A stretch of 64,000 nt of DNA from Pseudomonadota bacterium. Its GTDB lineage: Bacteria; Pseudomonadota; Gammaproteobacteria; Poriferisulfidales; JAYYZZ01. The stretch's first letter is position 1; each line of letters opens with the position of its first letter. The position numbers and the translations under genes were made by a program. The stretch lies in NCBI GenBank assembly GCA_036687665.1, contig JAYYZZ010000001.1, forward strand, positions 46,832-110,831. Direction: 5' to 3'. The notes below the pieces were generated by a model. It had not been told where the DNA came from. It searched no databases and saw only the letters and a program-made list of their open reading frames with translations. Of this stretch, positions 30,133 to 43,500 are shown one piece after another.

Positions 30133-30834
30133 CTATCTTAATAAGTCTTTAGCCAACACCGGGTGGTAAGGCGTATTGCGAATTTTGTCATGCAGTTGCA
30201 TCCGATATTCGACAAAATCCTCACATTTATGAAAATGTAAAAAAGGATTTCCCTCTGTTTGCTCCTCCAATGTTGAAACAGTTTTCTCTGCATAGTTATG
30301 CCCAGGATGAATCACAGTACTCGATTCTAATTCGCCTTTTATTTTCTTTAAAGTAGTAAACATTTGTTCGGGGTCGCCACCCTGTAAATCACAGCGTCCA
30401 CAACCAAAAACAAATAAGGTATCGCCAGTAATGAGGTCGCCATCAAGCATATAACAGGTAGAACCTGGCGTATGTCCTGGAGTATGTAATACCTGGATAG
30501 AAGATTGGCCAATACTAATTGTATCGCCACCATAATGAAGCTCTGGTTTAACCAAGTCAGCTTGCCAGAAATCAGCTTCTGCTTTTAGTAAATGAAGCTT
30601 CGAATCATATTTATTAAGGACTTCCTCAACACCATTAATATGATCATGGTGGCTGTGAGTCAATAATATATCTGTAATCTGTATATCATTTGCAGATGCA
30701 TATTCAATTATTTTATCAGGCTCCCACGCAGGGTCTACAACAGCTGCTTGCCGGCTATCTACATCAGTAATTAGATAGATAAAATTTTCCATGGGGCCGA
30801 GCTCCATGGTGGCGATCTCGTAACTTTTGTTCAT
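30133..30834 (-). CDS. MBL-fold metallo-hydrolase (glyoxalase II/persulfide dioxygenase-like)
   Basis: THSHHDH, HTPGHTPG, TGDTLF..GCGR, HPGHNY. Confidence 0.9.
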   Translation of the reverse strand: MNKSYEIATMELGPMENFIYLITDVDSRQAAVVDPAWEPDKIIEYASANDIQITDILLTHSHHDHINGVEEVLNKYDSKLHLLKAEADFWQADLVKPELHYGGDTISIGQSSIQVLHTPGHTPGSTCYMLDGDLITGDTLFVFGCGRCDLQGGDPEQMFTTLKKIKGELESSTVIHPGHNYAEKTVSTLEEQTEGNPFLHFHKCEDFVEYRMQLHDKIRNTPYHPVLAKDLLR

Positions 30835-31220
30835 TACTTTTTGTGGGTGTGCTTGCTAGTTAAATCTTTCTCGATATCTTCATGATCACCAATCACAATA
30901 TGATGCTCGCTCTTGGTGATATGTTTTTCAAGGAAAGGAATAAGGGGTAAGGGTGCGAGGCCGCCCAACACAATACCAATTGCCGCTGATCTCAAATCAG
31001 GATCCAAAATAGATGCAATAAGGTCAGCAACCACATGGGCTACAATTACACCAATTATCCCTGCAATAAAACCGTTGGAGACTATTTTTAAGAGACGATT
31101 GATGCTCCAGCCTGTGTAATAACCAATTAACATGATAGAGACATGTACAAAACCAAATACAAAGCCTCTTAAATAGGCCTTGTCTTCTAAAAAACCCCAG
31201 TGTTCTAGTAAATGTTCCAT
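30834..31220 (-). CDS. Hypothetical membrane protein
   Basis: About 3 hydrophobic segments, His-rich tail, AAGGAG RBS; stop overlaps the MBL start (TAATG). Confidence 0.75.
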   Translation of the reverse strand: MEHLLEHWGFLEDKAYLRGFVFGFVHVSIMLIGYYTGWSINRLLKIVSNGFIAGIIGVIVAHVVADLIASILDPDLRSAAIGIVLGGLAPLPLIPFLEKHITKSEHHIVIGDHEDIEKDLTSKHTHKK

Positions 31221-31241
31221 ATAAATTTTCTCCTTTTTTGT

Positions 31242-31808
31242 TTACTCTAAAAATGCTATCTCTTTGACATTTAATTTTGCGTGGTGATCTCTTCCATATG
31301 CAACTAAGCCAATAGAAGTTATATTTTTTGATTTAATAGTATTTGCTAGAAAAAAACTAGATTTTTCAAATTTATTAATCGGAAGAATAAACTCCTTAAA
31401 ATCTTCATCAACAATAAATTCCGATGCGTAATACTGCCACGGTAAAATCGTTCCAGTAGTTCGCAAATGTATGAAGTATTTTTGATTGTTACCTTTTGCT
31501 ACGACCTTCACAAATTTTGCTGTTTTTAGATCAATGTTGCTTATATTTCTACGCACCTGAATAAACCCGCCGTTATTTTCTGTCGTTACATTACCTGATA
31601 ACAAAGCCATGGGAGCGCCATTGTCTGTTTTATAGGCGACACTGCCAGTGGAAACGCCGCCCATTACATTATCTGAGATATACGTCCATTGGGCTGGATC
31701 TTGGAAATTATCTTTAAAAATGGGCCCAGCAAAAGTTTTATTAGTCATGCTAATTAAAAATAATAGTGAAAAGATCGAGAGAAAAAATTTCATCTTCATA
31801 TTAATCAT
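31242..31808 (-). CDS. CIA30-family protein, exported
   Basis: Signal peptide, W.YISDNVMGGVS, ENNGGFIQ, LPWQYY; likely start ATG 31799. Confidence 0.85.
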   Translation of the reverse strand: MINMKMKFFLSIFSLLFLISMTNKTFAGPIFKDNFQDPAQWTYISDNVMGGVSTGSVAYKTDNGAPMALLSGNVTTENNGGFIQVRRNISNIDLKTAKFVKVVAKGNNQKYFIHLRTTGTILPWQYYASEFIVDEDFKEFILPINKFEKSSFFLANTIKSKNITSIGLVAYGRDHHAKLNVKEIAFLE

Positions 31809-31924
31809 GATAATAATTATGTCTTTGATGTCAAGAATATGCCTACTCTACTGTAACCGAATATTCTACTCTGCACAGGATGGTTATAGTCTTCATTATA
31901 TTGTACCTGTTGGGTTTTCTTAGT

Positions 31925-32455
31925 TTATTTCATTTCATCAAAAAATTCTTTTGGAAATTCAATTTCTATAACTTTCCACTTAGTTCCAATTCGTTTAAAG
32001 TGTATTGGTATTAAGTCTTCATCAGTCTCTAAATTTACATAAAATGAGTTTAAACCATTAAACTTCATTATTGAAATTCCTCCAATTAATGTTGTGAAAT
32101 TTGGTTCAGGTATTTCAGACCTTTTATCAGATTGCTCTATCAGCAAACTTAAACCTTCAGAGTTTATATATGTATCTACTAGAAAGTCAGCAAATTTACT
32201 TACTAAACCTGTTGCTAAAATGCTAAGTCCACCTAATTCTTTATACTCTTCACTCTTTGACATTTCATCTATAAAATAAGCATTAGAAAAGTCTTTGAAA
32301 TTATTTCTTACTTCATCCCATTCAATATAGTTTTTACTTAATTGTTTGTCATTGTAGTAAATTGATTTGTGAACTTGATGAAAAGAATGCATTGCGCTAA
32401 ATATATAAGAGAATATTAAAAAGACTGGCAGAAATATTGTTAGCAGTTTTTTCAT
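31925..32455 (-). CDS. Hypothetical membrane-anchored protein, DUF2939-like
   Basis: N-terminal TM helix, YIEWDEVRNNFKD, LVDTYINSEGL, C-terminal F.R.G.KWKV..I; very AT-rich. Confidence 0.6.
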   Translation of the reverse strand: MKKLLTIFLPVFLIFSYIFSAMHSFHQVHKSIYYNDKQLSKNYIEWDEVRNNFKDFSNAYFIDEMSKSEEYKELGGLSILATGLVSKFADFLVDTYINSEGLSLLIEQSDKRSEIPEPNFTTLIGGISIMKFNGLNSFYVNLETDEDLIPIHFKRIGTKWKVIEIEFPKEFFDEMK

Positions 32456-32521
32456 ATTTACCAGTTTATACTTTATTAGACTATTGTAAAATTAGGACTG
32501 ACCCACCCTGTCGGAAGTTAA

Positions 32522-34354
32522 CTACTCCACTGTAACAGATTTCGCTAAGTTCCTAGGCTGATCCACATCTGTGCCTTTGATAAGTGCGCAATGATAAGCC
32601 AGCAACTGTAAAGGAATGGTAAAGATGATGGGAGCGACTGGGTTTTGTGGTGCATTGATTTCAAAGACATTCATAATGTCATCACTAACAAAACCAGAGC
32701 CTTTGTCCGCAAAAACATGCAAACGCCCACCACGGGCACGAACCTCAGATAAATTAGATTTCAATTTCTCCAGCAAAATATTATTCGGTGCCACGGCAAC
32801 TACCGGCATATCTCGATCAACCAGTGCCAGAGGCCCGTGTTTGAGCTCTCCCGCTGGATAAGCTTCAGCGTGGATATAAGAGATCTCTTTGAGCTTTAAC
32901 GCCCCCTCCATGGCAATAGGGTAATGTGAGCCACGTCCTAGGAACAATGCATGCTGCTTATTGGCAAATTCTTCTGATAATTGAGCTAATGCCGAATCGA
33001 GCTTTAACCCTTCTTGGATTTTTTTAGGTAAATCCTGCAGCTGTTTGACTAGCTCTTGCTCAACATCCTTTGACATCCCTTTGTGTTTGCCAGCCAGAAT
33101 CACGATCAACATTAAAGCAACCAGTTGTGTGGTAAATGCCTTGGTTGAGGCTACTCCAATTTCAGGGCCAGCATGCGTCATCAACACTAAATCAGATTCT
33201 CTCACCAAAGAACTCTCCGGCACGTTGCACACGCTTAACGTCCCAATATAGTTTTTATCGTTTTTAGCAAGTTGTAAGGCTGCCAATGTATCTGCAGTTT
33301 CACCGGATTGTGAAATGCTGATGAGTAATGTGCCAGGTTTAATAATATGTTTGCGGTAACGAAATTCACTGGCCACTTCAGCTTGGCAAGAAATACCGGC
33401 TTGCCTTTCAAACCAATGTCGGGCAATTAAGCCAGCGTGATAACTTGTCCCGCAAGCAATAATTTGTACCTGCTCAACCTTATCTAATATTTTTGCGGCA
33501 TTGGGTCCTAATATTTCTATCGGCACGCTCTTGTTAATGATCCTGCCTTCAAGTGTTTCCGAAATCGCAATAGGTTGCTCAAATATCTCTTTTTGCATGT
33601 AGTGTGAATACTCACCTAGCTCGATTGAACTCACTGAGAGACCGCTTGCTTTTGCTTTACGTTTTACTGCTTTGCCTTTTTTATCAAAGATTGTCACACC
33701 ACTTTTTTGTATATCTGCAATATCGCCGTTTTCAAGAAAAATAAAAGCTTGTGTCACAGACAAAAGCGCTTGCACATCTGAAGCAATGAAGTTTTCGTGC
33801 TCACCAACACCCACGACCAACGGGCTTCCTTGGCGTGCAGCAATCATATGTTCTGGGTGTTGTGTATCAATCACTCCTAAAGCATAGGCCCCTTCTAAAT
33901 CTTGGGTTGTCAGCGTAACGGCTTGGAGTAAATCAGAACCCTGCTCTAAGTAATGTGCGATTTGGTGTACCACAACTTCTGTATCAGTATCTGAGTCGAA
34001 TTGGTATCCTTGTTTTTCTTGTTTTACCCTAAGTGCTTCGTAATTTTCAATGATGCCGTTGTGGACCACAGCGACTCTGTCTTTAGATATATGTGGATGT
34101 GCATTATTTTCCGCAGGTACTCCATGAGTAGCCCAACGGGTGTGTGCGATACCAATAGAACCATTAACTTTTGCAGTATCCAGTGCCTTCATCAACTCGA
34201 CAACTTTTCCCTTTTTACGGATACGAGTTAAAGTGTCATCGTTTAAAAGTGCGATACCAGCTGAATCATAACCCCGATATTCCAAGCGCTTTAAACCTTC
34301 GATCAGTAAAGGTGTTATATCGCGCTCAGCAACGGCTCCGACTATCCCACACAT
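32522..34354 (-). CDS. glmS: Glutamine-fructose-6-phosphate aminotransferase
   Basis: MCGIVG, EYRGYDSAG, HTRWATHG, SQSGETADT, C-terminal DQPRNLAKSVTVE (carries the attTn7 recognition sequence). Confidence 0.99.
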   Translation of the reverse strand: MCGIVGAVAERDITPLLIEGLKRLEYRGYDSAGIALLNDDTLTRIRKKGKVVELMKALDTAKVNGSIGIAHTRWATHGVPAENNAHPHISKDRVAVVHNGIIENYEALRVKQEKQGYQFDSDTDTEVVVHQIAHYLEQGSDLLQAVTLTTQDLEGAYALGVIDTQHPEHMIAARQGSPLVVGVGEHENFIASDVQALLSVTQAFIFLENGDIADIQKSGVTIFDKKGKAVKRKAKASGLSVSSIELGEYSHYMQKEIFEQPIAISETLEGRIINKSVPIEILGPNAAKILDKVEQVQIIACGTSYHAGLIARHWFERQAGISCQAEVASEFRYRKHIIKPGTLLISISQSGETADTLAALQLAKNDKNYIGTLSVCNVPESSLVRESDLVLMTHAGPEIGVASTKAFTTQLVALMLIVILAGKHKGMSKDVEQELVKQLQDLPKKIQEGLKLDSALAQLSEEFANKQHALFLGRGSHYPIAMEGALKLKEISYIHAEAYPAGELKHGPLALVDRDMPVVAVAPNNILLEKLKSNLSEVRARGGRLHVFADKGSGFVSDDIMNVFEINAPQNPVAPIIFTIPLQLLAYHCALIKGTDVDQPRNLAKSVTVE

Positions 34355-34356
34355 GG

Positions 34357-35718
34357 TTATTTCTTCTTTGGCCTGGCCCAGTCGTCGACTGTTTTCTGTT
34401 CGGCACGAGAAAGCGTCAGCTTATCTGTTGGGGCATCTTTTGTAATTGTCGAGCCCGCGCCGATTGTCGCGCCTGAATTTACCTGAACAGGGGCAATCAG
34501 CTGAGTATCAGAACCAATAAAAACATCATCGCCAATTAAGGTTTTATGTTTTTGTGCCCCATCATAATTACATGTGATAGTTCCTGCTCCGACGTTTACT
34601 CTCTTGCCAATATCGGTATCCCCGACATAGCTTAAATGGTTTATTTTACTCTCGCTCCCAATAGTAGATTTTTTGAGCTCCACAAAGTTTCCTATATGGG
34701 CTTCTTCAGATAATTCAGTCTCTGGACGGATACGAGAAAACGGGCCAATCTTACATCTTTCGCCAATTTTTGAGGTTTCAATTATGGTATTGGCAAATAT
34801 CTGCGAACCTGCACCTATTGTGGAATCTTTTATAATGGTATTTGGGCCAATATAAACATCTTTCCCTATTAAAACTTTCCCCTCTAAAATAACATTTGTA
34901 TCGATAGTTGCTTCACCGCTCGTTATTATTTCGCCGCGAATAAATACTCTTTCCGGATCTAACAAAGTCACACCCGATAACATCAGTTTTTCACGCTGCT
35001 CTTTTTGAAAAGTGGCCTCAGCCTGTGCTAATTGAATTTTATCGTTCACTCCTAAAATCTCATCTTGTGTGTTTATCTTCAGTGTATCGATCTTCTTGCC
35101 TGACTTAATCGCAATCTCAACACAATCAGTTAAATAATACTCTGATTGGCTATTATCAGAACTTATTTGCTTAGTCCATTCTTTCAAGTTCTCCGTATGA
35201 GCTGCCAGCACACCAGTATTGCATTCGGTAATACGACGCTCTGCGTCACTTGCATCTCGCTCTTCTCGGATCGATATAATTTGATCCTCTTTATTACGAA
35301 TTATACGCCCATATCCCGTGGGATTTTCTACATCAGCTGTCAATACACTTAAACCCCCATTGGTTAATTTAGATAGCAAAGAGGTAAGAGTATCTGGCTT
35401 TAAAAAAGGGACATCCCCGTATAATACTAGGACCATGTCTTGATTATTAAGTTCCGGAAGCGCTTGAGCTACAGCATGTCCTGTACCTTTTTGCTCGCTT
35501 TGCAAACACCACTCAAGGTTAGATTGTGAAAATTTTTCAGTGAAAAGTGCTTTTTCTTCGCTATGGACAATACATATCTTGTTTGGATTCAATTTTTCTG
35601 CGGTCGCAATAACGTGTCCCAGCATCGGGCGCCCTCCGATTTCATGCAAAACCTTAGGGGTACTGCTATGCATTCTGGTGCCTTGTCCAGCTGCTAAGAT
35701 AATAATGTCTAGTTTCAC
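34357..35718 (-). CDS. glmU: Bifunctional GlmU
   Basis: LAAGQGTRM..PKVLH, GTGHAV, YGDVP, EYYLTD, GNFVE.K, NYDG. Confidence 0.98.
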   Translation of the reverse strand: MKLDIIILAAGQGTRMHSSTPKVLHEIGGRPMLGHVIATAEKLNPNKICIVHSEEKALFTEKFSQSNLEWCLQSEQKGTGHAVAQALPELNNQDMVLVLYGDVPFLKPDTLTSLLSKLTNGGLSVLTADVENPTGYGRIIRNKEDQIISIREERDASDAERRITECNTGVLAAHTENLKEWTKQISSDNSQSEYYLTDCVEIAIKSGKKIDTLKINTQDEILGVNDKIQLAQAEATFQKEQREKLMLSGVTLLDPERVFIRGEIITSGEATIDTNVILEGKVLIGKDVYIGPNTIIKDSTIGAGSQIFANTIIETSKIGERCKIGPFSRIRPETELSEEAHIGNFVELKKSTIGSESKINHLSYVGDTDIGKRVNVGAGTITCNYDGAQKHKTLIGDDVFIGSDTQLIAPVQVNSGATIGAGSTITKDAPTDKLTLSRAEQKTVDDWARPKKK

Positions 35719-35737
35719 TTTTTTGAAAGGGGTTTGA

Positions 35738-36157
35738 TTATCTGCCTTTCTTGCGCAGATTCTCGATCATGCGAAGCTGAGCAGCAGCTGCTGCAAGCTC
35801 TGCAAGCGCTTTAGCTGCATCCATATCAGCTTGTTTATCAGCCAGTGCTTCTTCGGCACGACGCTTGGCCTCTAGCGCTTTTGCCTCATCCAAATCTGCC
35901 CCGCGCATCGCGGTGTCGGCTAAAATTGTTACAACATGGGGCTGGACTTCTAATATTCCCCCAGATACAAAGAAAACCAGCTCTTCTCCAGATTCGGTTT
36001 CTAACTTAACCTCTCCAGGTTTAAGTCGAGTAATTAAAGGGGTATGTTTTGGGTATATTCCTACTTCTCCCATCTCCGCTGAAGCCACAACAGACTTTGC
36101 GACCCCGGAAAAAATTTCTTTTTCCGCACTTACTATTTCAACTTGTATTGTGCTCAT
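35738..36157 (-). CDS. atpC: ATP synthase F1 epsilon
   Basis: [25 protein letters not shown]; operon position. Confidence 0.97.
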   Translation of the reverse strand: MSTIQVEIVSAEKEIFSGVAKSVVASAEMGEVGIYPKHTPLITRLKPGEVKLETESGEELVFFVSGGILEVQPHVVTILADTAMRGADLDEAKALEAKRRAEEALADKQADMDAAKALAELAAAAAQLRMIENLRKKGR

Positions 36158-36166
36158 CTTAGGCCG

Positions 36167-37543
<1,377 letters not shown>

Positions 37544-37565
37544 TTAAACTCCCCTTAAGGTTTAT

Positions 37566-38429
37566 TTATACGGCGGCAGCGCCACCGACAATTTCTGAAA
37601 TTTCTTGTGTAATAGAAGCTTGGCGCGCTTTGTTATACGCCAACTGTAAATCATCTATTATTGTGCCAGCGTTATCCGATGCGCTTTTCATCGCAACCAT
37701 GCGTGCTGCCATTTCACATGCAACATTTTCAACAACACTTTGGAAAATAAGTGACTCTATATAACGCATCAACACTCCATCTAAAACATCTTTTGAATCT
37801 GGCTCATAAATATAATCCCAATGATAATCAAGCTCTTGATCATCATCTGGCTCAGTTGGAAGTAATTTTGTCACTTTTGGCTTTTGTGACATTGTATTTA
37901 CAAATTCATTCTCAACAATATAAAGTTGATCTATATTGCCTTCCAGATAATTATCTAACATTGTTTTTATACACCCGATGAGTTGCTCAATCTCGGGCGT
38001 ATCACCCAGGTCCGAAACTTGTGCAGTCATATTGGCGTTGAAACGCTTAAAAAAACCGGTAGCTTTTGTTCCTATTAAACAAAGTTCTACTCCAATATTT
38101 TTTGACTCCCATTCTTTAAGAACCATTACTGCGCTTTTAAATAAATTAATATTAAGACCGCCGCATAAACCTCTATCAGTAGAAACAATAATAAGTCCAA
38201 CTTTTTTTATTTCTTCTCTTTCAGTTAAAAAAGGATGTTTATACTCTTGATGTGCGTGCGCAAGGTGACCAATCACATTAAGCATTTTTTTTGCATAAGG
38301 CCTAGTCGCAGCCATGCGGTCTTGTGCTTTTCTCATTTTACTGGCTGCAACCATTTCCATTGCTTTAGTAATTTTTTGTGTGTTTTTTATACTTGCAATT
38401 TTTGTTCTTATTTCTTTTTCGCTAGCCAT
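37566..38429 (-). CDS. atpG: ATP synthase F1 gamma
   Basis: [34 protein letters not shown]. Confidence 0.99.
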   Translation of the reverse strand: MASEKEIRTKIASIKNTQKITKAMEMVAASKMRKAQDRMAATRPYAKKMLNVIGHLAHAHQEYKHPFLTEREEIKKVGLIIVSTDRGLCGGLNINLFKSAVMVLKEWESKNIGVELCLIGTKATGFFKRFNANMTAQVSDLGDTPEIEQLIGCIKTMLDNYLEGNIDQLYIVENEFVNTMSQKPKVTKLLPTEPDDDQELDYHWDYIYEPDSKDVLDGVLMRYIESLIFQSVVENVACEMAARMVAMKSASDNAGTIIDDLQLAYNKARQASITQEISEIVGGAAAV

Positions 38430-38444
38430 GTTCTTTTACTCTTT

Positions 38445-39986
38445 TTACCAGGTTTGATTTGCAACAAAATCATCTAATGCTTTTTTAAGTTCTTGCTCAA
38501 TTTCTTCTGCGTAGTCTCCTTCTGCATTCATTTTATCCATGAGATCACTACGTTCAGACTTCATGTAGCTATGTAATGCAGATTCAAATGCACCAACTTT
38601 ATTTACTTCAATCTCATCCAAATAGCCTTCGTTAGCAGCATAAAGTGATACGGCCATTTCAGCGATAGTCAACGGTGAATACTGGGGTTGCTTCATCAGC
38701 TCCATAACACGCTCCCCGCGCTCTAATTGTTTACGTGTTTGTTCATCTAAATCTGAGGCAAATTGCGAAAAAGCGGCTAATTCCCGATATTGAGCAAGAG
38801 CCAAACGTACCCCGCCACCGAGTTTTTTGATTAATTTTGTTTGTGCCGCACCCCCAACTCTTGAAACGGAAAGCCCTGCATTAATTGCGGGTCGCAAACC
38901 CGCATTGAATAAATCCGTTTCTAGAAATATTTGTCCGTCAGTGATAGAGATGACATTAGTAGGAACAAAAGCAGAAACATCTCCTGCTTGAGTTTCAATA
39001 ACTGGTAGTGCGGTTAAAGAGCCTGTTTTCCCCTTAACCTTTCCTTTTGTAAATTCCTCAACATACTCTGCATTCACGCGGGATGCTCGCTCAAGTAAAC
39101 GCGAATGGAGGTAAAAAACGTCTCCTGGGTACGCTTCTCGTCCTGGCGGCCTTCTAAGTAAAAGCGACACCTGGCGATATGCCCAAGCTTGTTTTGTTAA
39201 ATCATCATAGATAATTAAAGCATCCTCGCCGCGATCCCTAAAATATTCACCCATCGAGCAACCAGAATATGGTGCGATATATTGCATGGCAGCGGATTCA
39301 GAAGCATTAGATGCAACTACGATAGTGTGTTCCATTGCTCCGTGTTCTTCTAGCTTTCTTACCACATTTGCAACGGACGAAGCTTTTTGTCCTACAGCAA
39401 CATATATGCATTTAATACCTGTGCCTTTTTGATTAATAATAGTATCGATTGCCAATGCTGTTTTTCCTGTTTGGCGGTCACCAATAATTAACTCTCTTTG
39501 GCCTCTACCGATAGGCACCATAGAATCAATAGATTTAAGGCCTGTTTGCACTGGTTGGCTTACAGATTGACGCTCAATTACACCCGGAGCAATTTTCTCT
39601 ATTGGGGTAAATTCTTTACAACCTATCTCACCTTTCCCGTCTATTGGCTTACCAAGAGAGTCTACAACGCGTCCTAATAATTCGCTGCCAACAGGAACTT
39701 CTAGTATGCGCCCTGTACATTTTGCAGTATTGCCTTCGGAAATATGTTTGTAATCGCCAAGAACTACCGCGCCGACCGAATCGCGCTCTAAGTTAAGAGC
39801 AATACCAAACGTGTTGCCTGGAAATTCAATCATTTCACCTGACATAACATCTGCCAATCCATGAACACGAACAATCCCGTCCGTAATCGCGACAACAGTG
39901 CCTTCTGTTCTAGCTTCAGGTTTACCTTGAAAACTTTCTATCCGTTTTTTTATGAGTTCGCTAATCTCAGTTGGGCTAAGCTGCAT
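38445..39986 (-). CDS. atpA: ATP synthase F1 alpha
   Basis: [28 protein letters not shown]. Confidence 0.99.
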   Translation of the reverse strand: MQLSPTEISELIKKRIESFQGKPEARTEGTVVAITDGIVRVHGLADVMSGEMIEFPGNTFGIALNLERDSVGAVVLGDYKHISEGNTAKCTGRILEVPVGSELLGRVVDSLGKPIDGKGEIGCKEFTPIEKIAPGVIERQSVSQPVQTGLKSIDSMVPIGRGQRELIIGDRQTGKTALAIDTIINQKGTGIKCIYVAVGQKASSVANVVRKLEEHGAMEHTIVVASNASESAAMQYIAPYSGCSMGEYFRDRGEDALIIYDDLTKQAWAYRQVSLLLRRPPGREAYPGDVFYLHSRLLERASRVNAEYVEEFTKGKVKGKTGSLTALPVIETQAGDVSAFVPTNVISITDGQIFLETDLFNAGLRPAINAGLSVSRVGGAAQTKLIKKLGGGVRLALAQYRELAAFSQFASDLDEQTRKQLERGERVMELMKQPQYSPLTIAEMAVSLYAANEGYLDEIEVNKVGAFESALHSYMKSERSDLMDKMNAEGDYAEEIEQELKKALDDFVANQTW

Positions 39987-40015
39987 AATATTTTCCTTTA
40001 CCTATATTCAAATTG

Positions 40016-40549
40016 TTAACTTAGTTCTGTTAATAACTTATTTAGTTTGCTTCGAATGGAGCCATCTATTACCAAATCTCCTGCACGCACGATGGCGCCT
40101 CCTAAAAGTTTTTCATCTATTTCTTCTACTATCTCAATATCAACACCAAGTCTTCTCTTAAGTGCATCTTTGATAGGTTTTATTTCTGCACTGCTCAATT
40201 TCTTGGCCGACACAATTTCTGCACTGATTCTATTTTCTTCTTGAGAATGATATGAATCAAACAATAAAGTGATTTGCGGAAGCAATGATAACCGGCGATT
40301 TTCAGACAAGAGTTTTATAAAGTTTTGAAATTCTTTATCTATATTCTTAGCACAAACATCAATAACACATTGAGCAATTTCTGTGTGTGTAAGCCTAGGG
40401 CTATTTAATATGGGCTGTATTGCATCATCTTTGGTAACTAAAGTTATTAATTGCAACATCTCTGACCATTGCTTAAGTGATTTATGTTCTTTGGAAAACA
40501 CAAAGGCAGCTTTCGCATATGGTCTTGCTATAGTTAGTAAGTCTGACAT
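40016..40549 (-). CDS. atpH: ATP synthase F1 delta
   Basis: TIARPYAKAAF, ENRRL, LLGG...GDLVIDGS. Confidence 0.97.
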   Translation of the reverse strand: MSDLLTIARPYAKAAFVFSKEHKSLKQWSEMLQLITLVTKDDAIQPILNSPRLTHTEIAQCVIDVCAKNIDKEFQNFIKLLSENRRLSLLPQITLLFDSYHSQEENRISAEIVSAKKLSSAEIKPIKDALKRRLGVDIEIVEEIDEKLLGGAIVRAGDLVIDGSIRSKLNKLLTELS

Positions 40550-40553
40550 AGAT

Positions 40554-41024
40554 CTATATTTGTTTTGCTAATTCGTCGAGTGCTTTTTTGTGAGCTTTCT
40601 CGTCAATTTCTTTTTCTAGTATTTTTTCAACCCCCGCCAACGCAATAGCTGAAACTTCTTTGCGTAATTTTTCGCGTGCACGGTTTACTTCCTGTTGTAT
40701 TTCGGCATTAGCTGCCTGCTTAATTTTCTCTCCTTCTTCTCGCGCTGCTACCTTTGCTTCATCAATAACTTCATCAGAGCGTTTCTCAGCTTTATTCATG
40801 ATTTCACTTGCATTTTGTTTAGCTTCATCTGCCTTACTCTGGGAAAACTCTTCTGCTTCCTGAAGTGCCTGTTCACCTTTTTCTGCAGCCGCTAACCCAT
40901 CAGCAATTTTTTTCTTTCTTGCTTCGAGCGCCTCGGTTATAGGAGGCCAAATATACCTCATACAAAACCACACAAAAATTACAAATGCGATTGATTGGCC
41001 TATTAAAGTTAAATTGATATTCAC
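40554..41024 (-). CDS. atpF: ATP synthase Fo b
   Basis: [17 protein letters not shown]...WPP, coiled coil; GTG start. Confidence 0.97.
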   Translation of the reverse strand: MNINLTLIGQSIAFVIFVWFCMRYIWPPITEALEARKKKIADGLAAAEKGEQALQEAEEFSQSKADEAKQNASEIMNKAEKRSDEVIDEAKVAAREEGEKIKQAANAEIQQEVNRAREKLRKEVSAIALAGVEKILEKEIDEKAHKKALDELAKQI

Positions 41025-41064
41025 ACAAATTACCTTTGTTTAACTGTATTATTTTTTTCGCTCA

Positions 41065-42217
<1,153 letters not shown>

Positions 42218-42221
42218 TTAG

Positions 42222-42590
42222 TTATTTTCTTATAAATATTGGGGCTAATAATGTCGCCACATATACACTAAATAATGATATTGGCACTACTTGTTTATAA
42301 AAATAAAAAATACACCCAAACATTATTGCTGCAATTAACCACTTACCAATTTCTGCAAAATAAAATGCTTTTAATTCCTGTTGTGGGTTACGCATCTCTG
42401 AGTCAACAAACATATATTGTATGAAATACAAATTAGGCACTAAGTATGCTAAACCCCCTAACAGGGCAGATAATGCAGCTTCCGTGCTATGAATAAAACC
42501 AGCAATAACTCCGGCAATTATAACAATAACTTGAATATAAATAATCCTTTTAATGGGCTTGTTTGGCAACATTCGTACTTTTTTGAACAA
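42222..42590 (-). CDS. atpI: ATP synthase protein I
   Basis: Four-TM protein, SALLGG...PN, FYFAE..K; first gene of the atp operon. Confidence 0.85.
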   Translation of the reverse strand: MFKKVRMLPNKPIKRIIYIQVIVIIAGVIAGFIHSTEAALSALLGGLAYLVPNLYFIQYMFVDSEMRNPQQELKAFYFAEIGKWLIAAIMFGCIFYFYKQVVPISLFSVYVATLLAPIFIRK

Positions 42591-42595
42591 GATTG

Positions 42596-43477
42596 CTATT
42601 TCGTCGAATCTTTTTTGTATCTAATTTTTGACAAAACACCGTCCAACTCATCAAGGCTGTTATAGCTTATTGTTAATCTTCCTTTCCCAGTGCGCGTATG
42701 GTTTATTTTGGTTGCCGACCCTAAATATTGCGTTAATTCCCTTTCTAGCTTCACGGTGTTTGGGTCCTTTGCATGTGCCTTTGTTTTGCTTTTTTTCGTT
42801 TGTTTGCTGGTTTGCGCTAGCGCTTCGGCCTCTCTCACAGATAGACCCTGGCTAGCAATTTGTTTTGCCAGAGCTATTTGCTTTTCCCCAGAAAGAGAAA
42901 GGAGCGCCCGTGCGTGCCCCATATCCAGCTTTCCTTTGCGCAGCAAATCTTTTACTTTTGGATTTAAGTCGTTGAGCCTCAGGCTATTAGTAACAGCTTC
43001 GCGCGAGCGTCCAAGCTGATTTGCTAAGCTTTTATGCGTCAAATTAAATTTTTTCAACATTTTGCTAAACGCCTCTGCTTCCTCCATTGGGCTTAGATTT
43101 TCTCTCATTATGTTTTCTGTCAATGCAAGCATTGCAGCTTGCTCATCATTGGCTTTTTTTATTATTGCGGGTAATTGGTCAAGCCCTGCCGCTATCGCAG
43201 CGCGCAATCTTCTTTCGCCCGCGATCAGCTCATACCTGCTGCCAACTTTGCGAACAAGTACGGGTTGAATAACTCCCTGTTTTTTAATGGATTGGACTAA
43301 TGCATTTATTGCTTCTTTATCTATATGTGTGCGGGGTTGATAGGGGCTAATATCAACTAATTTGATAGCCAGCTCAGTAACGCCGGCTTGGGTTGTATCT
43401 TCCTTGGTTGGTTTGACGGGAGTGCTTAATAAAACATCAACTCCGTGCCCACCCAAACCTCGCTTTTTTCTAGTCAT
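42596..43477 (-). CDS. parB: Chromosome partitioning protein ParB
   Basis: QPR, GVIQP, IAGERRLRA, EN..RE.L...EEA, HTH, MGHARALL. Confidence 0.97.
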   Translation of the reverse strand: MTRKKRGLGGHGVDVLLSTPVKPTKEDTTQAGVTELAIKLVDISPYQPRTHIDKEAINALVQSIKKQGVIQPVLVRKVGSRYELIAGERRLRAAIAAGLDQLPAIIKKANDEQAAMLALTENIMRENLSPMEEAEAFSKMLKKFNLTHKSLANQLGRSREAVTNSLRLNDLNPKVKDLLRKGKLDMGHARALLSLSGEKQIALAKQIASQGLSVREAEALAQTSKQTKKSKTKAHAKDPNTVKLERELTQYLGSATKINHTRTGKGRLTISYNSLDELDGVLSKIRYKKDSTK

Positions 43478-43500
43478 GCTTGCTTTCCATATTTAATTCT

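Noticed and set aside
32461-32480. On the - strand TCTAATAAAGTATAAACTGG, about 42 nt past the glmS stop, resembles a Tn7 TnsB site
   Set aside because: Single gapped match in AT-rich DNA, with no terminal TGT, no repeated sites and no opposite end found; not enough to call a Tn7 end.
29290-32521. Possible CRISPR array associated with the Cas4-like nuclease
   Set aside because: No direct repeats with spacers and no other cas genes anywhere in the window.
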